Part shown: one piece after another, positions 59,963 through 64,000 of the stretch
Position numbering within the stretch: position 1 is the stretch's first letter
Layout of the letters: the number at the start of each line of letters is the position of its first letter
Source of the DNA: an uncultured Methanosarcinaceae archaeon
Lineage (GTDB): Archaea; Halobacteriota; Methanosarcinia; Methanosarcinales; Methanosarcinaceae
Assembly: GCA_963727895.1 (NCBI GenBank)
Contig: CAVSHT010000007.1
Location: 32,001 to 96,000, forward strand
DNA: 64,000 nt
Reading direction: 5' to 3'
Notes under the pieces: generated by a model
What the model was told of the DNA's origin: nothing
The model's database searches: none
Seen by the model: the letters and a program-made list of their open reading frames with translations, nothing else
Made by a program: the position numbers and the translations under genes

Positions 59963-60739
59963 TTATTCGCCTCCTTTATTTGCAAGAAGTGCAAGCGGTA
60001 TGGCGATTACATGTATATATTTGCTGTATGGAATAAATGCGATACAGAAGATCAGGGCAAATATGGAATGGAAGAGAGCTGCCGGTGGTGCTGCTGACGG
60101 GGCAAGCCCAAAGCTCCATATAAGTCCTGTTCGTATTCCATCGGCGAGGAAACCGGAAATAGTAACTATGAAAAGTATTCCAATTAAAATCCAATCATAC
60201 TTAATGGAAGCTTCCCTGACTTCAGAGACAAACAGTCTTCTTACTAATGCTATAAGAACTCCAATAAGCAGGATGTACCCGAAGATATAGTTCGGAATGG
60301 AGAGCCAATCTCTAAATACGTCAGGAGTAAACGGGAGTTCAATTCCGATCTTCTCTATCATTTCGACTGAAAACATCAACCCTGACAAGGCAAAGAGGGT
60401 CACCCAGCCTCCAAAAATACATAAGTGCATGATCCAGCGGAAAGGACTTCTCTGGAGAATTCTTCTCTGGAAGATAATATCAAGAATAAGAACTTCTAAG
60501 ATACCATGTCCATGATGAGATTTTGCTGTTACCTGTTTCCACCAGGTTTTCAAGAATGTTATTGCACTTCCTTTCTTTCCTGGCTGAGGTTCAAGGTTGT
60601 AACCCGTAACTCCTGTTCCCCATTTCTGTAGGTTAACTATTAGACCATATAAGAATATCACAACGGCTAGTATAGCCATTATCATTACCTGGACAAACGT
60701 CATTCGTAGTGTATCCGAGAGCCCAGAGAAATACAACAT
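59963..60739 (-). CDS. hdrE: Heterodisulfide reductase cytochrome b subunit E
   Basis: '[16 protein letters not shown]', 'RWIMH', 'ALFHS', 'PYSKYIH'; multiple TM helices; adjacent to hdrD. Confidence 0.95.
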   Translation of the reverse strand: MLYFSGLSDTLRMTFVQVMIMAILAVVIFLYGLIVNLQKWGTGVTGYNLEPQPGKKGSAITFLKTWWKQVTAKSHHGHGILEVLILDIIFQRRILQRSPFRWIMHLCIFGGWVTLFALSGLMFSVEMIEKIGIELPFTPDVFRDWLSIPNYIFGYILLIGVLIALVRRLFVSEVREASIKYDWILIGILFIVTISGFLADGIRTGLIWSFGLAPSAAPPAALFHSIFALIFCIAFIPYSKYIHVIAIPLALLANKGGE

Positions 60740-61161
60740 TTCACTGATAGTTTATTCCTCCTATGTGTGGATAAAAAATTTGGGATTCTTAATTTTACAA
60801 TTGTCATGTACAGAACATCATAATAATAAAGATAGAATAATAAACCGTAGCGACTTTCAGCATAAGGTTTAGGTAGTTTGTTAGTCTTTGTATCTATTAT
60901 ATTTAAACGTTATCTTTATTAAACAATACCTCGAAAAGCTCACTGAGTTGCAAAAATGAGATGAATGGAAGTTATCGTAGTAAGCAAGAAAAAAGTGAAA
61001 GTAATAAAATAACACTTATTTTATACTATTTAATATATATTATATACTTCTAGAATTATGCCGATCGGAAAAATAAGAAATCTGATGGCAAAATAGTTAG
61101 TAAAAATAATTACAGTTAAAAATTTTAAATATAGAAAAGGATCAAATGATCCTTTTTTCCT

Positions 61162-61542
61162 TTACTGTTTTTTCATTTTGTCGAGAAATCCTTTCAATCC
61201 TGCTTTATGCCTGGCTTCATCTAAGGATGCTTTCTCAAAGAAAAGAACAGCTTTTTTATTTCCTTCTTTCTTGGCTATTTCTGCGGCTTCAGCTTTCTCA
61301 ATTTCGGCTTTACTTTCTCCTTCAAACATCATCTCAAGATTTTCAAGAGTTGTCTCTTTAACGAGTCCTAGTATTTCAGCTACTTCGGTAGCATGCCAGG
61401 CTTCGTCCATAGCAACCTGACGGAGGTAAACCGCAACATCTGGAAATCCTTCCCGCTCAGCAATTTTTGACATTGCGAGATACCAGCCAACTTCAGTAGT
61501 CTCTCCTTTAAAAGTGTTTTTTAGAATTTCTTCAAGAGTCAT
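61162..61542 (-). CDS. Ferritin-like/rubrerythrin-family di-iron protein
   Basis: 'FKGET', 'DEAWHA', 'DEARH' ExxH motifs. Confidence 0.85.
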   Translation of the reverse strand: MTLEEILKNTFKGETTEVGWYLAMSKIAEREGFPDVAVYLRQVAMDEAWHATEVAEILGLVKETTLENLEMMFEGESKAEIEKAEAAEIAKKEGNKKAVLFFEKASLDEARHKAGLKGFLDKMKKQ

Positions 61543-61960
61543 CCTATCACCATTTCTTTTTTAATATAGTCTTATTTATAGTTTAAACATACAGCAGTCT
61601 TTGAATTTAAGGTTTAGCCATGTTTAAGAACAAAAATGGACTGAAATCAGAAAAATAGTGACGGTAAAACCGAAATAAACCATTAATATCTCGAAGAACA
61701 CCACAATGAAATCGAAACATACGGAAAAAAATCTGTATGAAAATATATATTGATGAGAAGAAATGTACAGGCTGTGGTAAATAAAAGTTGCCTGCTCAAA
61801 AAGTTTCACTGGAGTTATTACTCAATGGAGGAAAAACCACGGAAAAAGGCTGCATTTTAATGGAACATTTTTAGTAATCGGGTTGCAGAATATGTGTGAT
61901 TATCTAGATGAAATATGTAAATCACGCCTGAAAACTAATTTTAAAAAAGGACTGAGAAAT

Positions 61961-62719
61961 TTGTCACTTGAAATTCGTATAATACTTGTGGAACCAATGT
62001 ATCAGGGGAATGTCGGATCTGTTGCAAGAGCAATGAAAAACTTCGGATATACTGATTTAGTGCTTGTAAATCCCTGTAAACTCGAAGGAGAGGCAAGAGC
62101 TATGTCGTCTCATGCAAGAGACGTGCTTGAAGGAGCAAAAATTACCTCAACGCTTGATGAAGCTGTAAAAGGAGCAAACTTAACAATAGGGACTACGGGA
62201 GTCGCAAGTCTGAAAACCGGAGAACATATTCGTCTTCCTCTTTATACCCCCAAAGAGATCAAAGAGAAACTTAAAGATTGTAGTGGAACAATTGCAATTC
62301 TTTTTGGGCGTGAAGACGCAGGTTTCCGAAATGATGAACTCAAAAGTTTTGATATGCTTGTTGCGGTTCCAACTTCTGAAATTTATCCTATTATGAATCT
62401 TTCACATGCCGTTGCAGTTGTGCTTTACGAGCTTTCGGAACTGGAAGGAGGAAACAGTCCTCTTGCCGACGGGTTTGATCTCCAGCTTTTATATGAGCAT
62501 CTTGATGAACTACTTGAGGAAATTGAGTATCCCCCTCATAAAAAAGACAAAACATCTCTGATGTTGCGGAGAATCTTAGGAAGAGCAGGACTAACTCCTA
62601 GAGAAGTCCAGACTTTGAGGGGCATAATAAGAAAAACCGAGAGAAAAATGGGATATGCAATAAAGGATTCCGATGATCAGAAACTGAAAACTCCTGAGAG
62701 CATGGAAAAGTTCATATGA
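61961..62719 (+). CDS. trmJ: SPOUT RNA methyltransferase, TrmJ/TrmH group 1
   Basis: 'ILVEP..QGNVGSVARAMKNFG', 'LFGRED.G', 'MNLSHAVAVVLYE'. Confidence 0.88.
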   Translation: MSLEIRIILVEPMYQGNVGSVARAMKNFGYTDLVLVNPCKLEGEARAMSSHARDVLEGAKITSTLDEAVKGANLTIGTTGVASLKTGEHIRLPLYTPKEIKEKLKDCSGTIAILFGREDAGFRNDELKSFDMLVAVPTSEIYPIMNLSHAVAVVLYELSELEGGNSPLADGFDLQLLYEHLDELLEEIEYPPHKKDKTSLMLRRILGRAGLTPREVQTLRGIIRKTERKMGYAIKDSDDQKLKTPESMEKFI

Positions 62720-62843
62720 GAATAAATCTGATTTTACATCAGAACTTACGGATACATGTTTTTTAACTTTTTTAAAATATTATTTAAACCGAATTTTTGT
62801 AAAGAAATATAAAAATTTTGCATATAACTAGATAGAGAATGAT

Positions 62844-64000
62844 ATGACTGAAACCGAAAGCAAGTGGGATGAAAAGCTAAAAAGGTTTTTTAAAGATTAT
62901 TACTGGAACGAAATTCTTCAGCTTGCAAATGAATATCCAGATCAGCGAAGCCTTTGTGTGGATTTTACGGATATAGAGAAATTTGACAGAGAGCTTTCAA
63001 GAGAGTTTCTGGATCACCCTGGAGAACTTATCCCGGCTGCCGAAATTGCCCTGAAAGAAATCGACCTTCCTGTTGAGAAAAGTCTTGATCAAGCTCATGT
63101 AAGGATAATTAAAATCCCGAACAGAATATCCATAAGGGAACTCAGAAGCAAGCATCTTACTAAGTTTATTGCATTAGAAGGTATGATACGGAAAGCGACT
63201 GAAGTAAGACCAAGAATCACTAAAGCTGCTTTTCAGTGCCTCAGGTGCGGGCATGTGACCATTGTTGAGCAAAACAGCTTCAAATTTGAAGAACCCTTTG
63301 CAGGCTGTGAAGAAGAAACCTGTGGGAAGAAGGGACCTTTCAAAGTGATCATTGAGGAATCCACCTTTACAGATGCCCAGAAGCTTCAGATTCAGGAATC
63401 ACCCGAAAACCTCAAAGGAGGTTCACAGCCCCAGAGCCTTGAGGTCGATTCAGAAGACGATCTAGCAGGGAATATTACCCCTGGAGATCGAGTCATAATT
63501 AACGGAATCCTTAGGTCAAGACAGCGCACCCTGAAAGACGGGAAATCGACCTTCTATGACCTTGTGCTTGAAGCAAATTCTATAGAGCAACTGGACAAAG
63601 ATTACGACGAACTTGAAATAACTGCTGAAGACGAAGAACAGATTCTTGAGCTTTCCCATGACCCTGAAATCTACAACAAAATTATCGGTTCGGTTGCGCC
63701 GTCTATCTATGGGTATGAAGACATAAAAGAAGCCCTTGCTCTTCAATTGTTTTCTGGCGTTGTAAAAAATCTTCCTGACGGTTCCAGAATTAGGGGAGAT
63801 ATTCATATTATGCTTGTAGGAGACCCTGGAATTGCAAAATCCCAGCTCCTTCGCTATGTAGTAAAACTTTCTCCCAGAGGTGTTTTTACTTCAGGGCGTA
63901 GTGCATCTGCAAGCGGTTTGACTGCGGCTGCTGTAAAAGACGACCTTAACGATGGTAGATGGACAATCGAGGGAGGAGCCCTTGTCATGGCTGATATGGG
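62844..64000 (+). CDS. mcm: Replicative helicase MCM (5' part, runs off the window)
   Basis: ATG 62844 'MTETESKWDEKLKRFF...', Zn site 'CLRCG...C...C', 'DAQKLQIQESPE', Walker A 'GDPGIAKSQLL', 'SASGLTAA', 'EGGALVMAD'. Confidence 0.95.
   Translation, partial: MTETESKWDEKLKRFFKDYYWNEILQLANEYPDQRSLCVDFTDIEKFDRELSREFLDHPGELIPAAEIALKEIDLPVEKSLDQAHVRIIKIPNRISIRELRSKHLTKFIALEGMIRKATEVRPRITKAAFQCLRCGHVTIVEQNSFKFEEPFAGCEEETCGKKGPFKVIIEESTFTDAQKLQIQESPENLKGGSQPQSLEVDSEDDLAGNITPGDRVIINGILRSRQRTLKDGKSTFYDLVLEANSIEQLDKDYDELEITAEDEEQILELSHDPEIYNKIIGSVAPSIYGYEDIKEALALQLFSGVVKNLPDGSRIRGDIHIMLVGDPGIAKSQLLRYVVKLSPRGVFTSGRSASASGLTAAAVKDDLNDGRWTIEGGALVMADM

Noticed and set aside
62844..64000. Intein in MCM
   Set aside because: The frame is continuous MCM through Walker A and up to the window end.

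Overview
This is an AT-rich chromosomal window from a methanogenic archaeon, almost certainly Methanosarcina (hdrED, bacterial-type groESL, DUF1699, intron-containing tRNA-Trp, archaeal informational genes). (1) 1-14 kb: surface protein, PRTase/hydrolase pair, DnaJ-type Zn finger, DUF362, groESL, RNase H-like gene and an aminotransferase. Small indels cluster in the first 9.2 kb and look like consensus errors. (2) 14-33 kb: tRNA-Trp with a C/D-box guide intron, an Fe-only nitrogenase cluster (anfH; anfI1 I2 D G K O) with real lesions, a decayed modABC/mop locus, ModE-type boxes, an FmdB paralog lacking its catalytic Cys/His, a gamma-carbonic anhydrase and F420-type fdhAB. (3) 33-37 kb: IS1-bracketed remnant of an EACC1-like/caspase pair plus an FGE-sulfatase-domain gene. 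(4) 37-43 kb: intact priS-GINS-rpl44e-rps27e-aIF2alpha-nop10-PAC2-endoQ block. (5) 43-56 kb: variable region with tRNA-Ser, tRNA-Thr, a degenerate tRNA-Thr copy, small secreted and Zn-finger genes, IS1 copies, an IS630-disrupted MFS gene and MITEs. (6) 56-64 kb: hdrED followed by two DUF116 genes and a geranylgeranyl-reductase-family gene, then a ferritin-like gene, trmJ and the 5' part of mcm. Best candidates for new biology, all hypotheses: the hdrED-linked DUF116/GGR block (possible methanophenazine or isoprenoid module), the FmdB pseudoenzyme-CA-Fdh block beside anf, and the EACC1-like/caspase pair. Family assignments come from motif recognition only; no searches were run.
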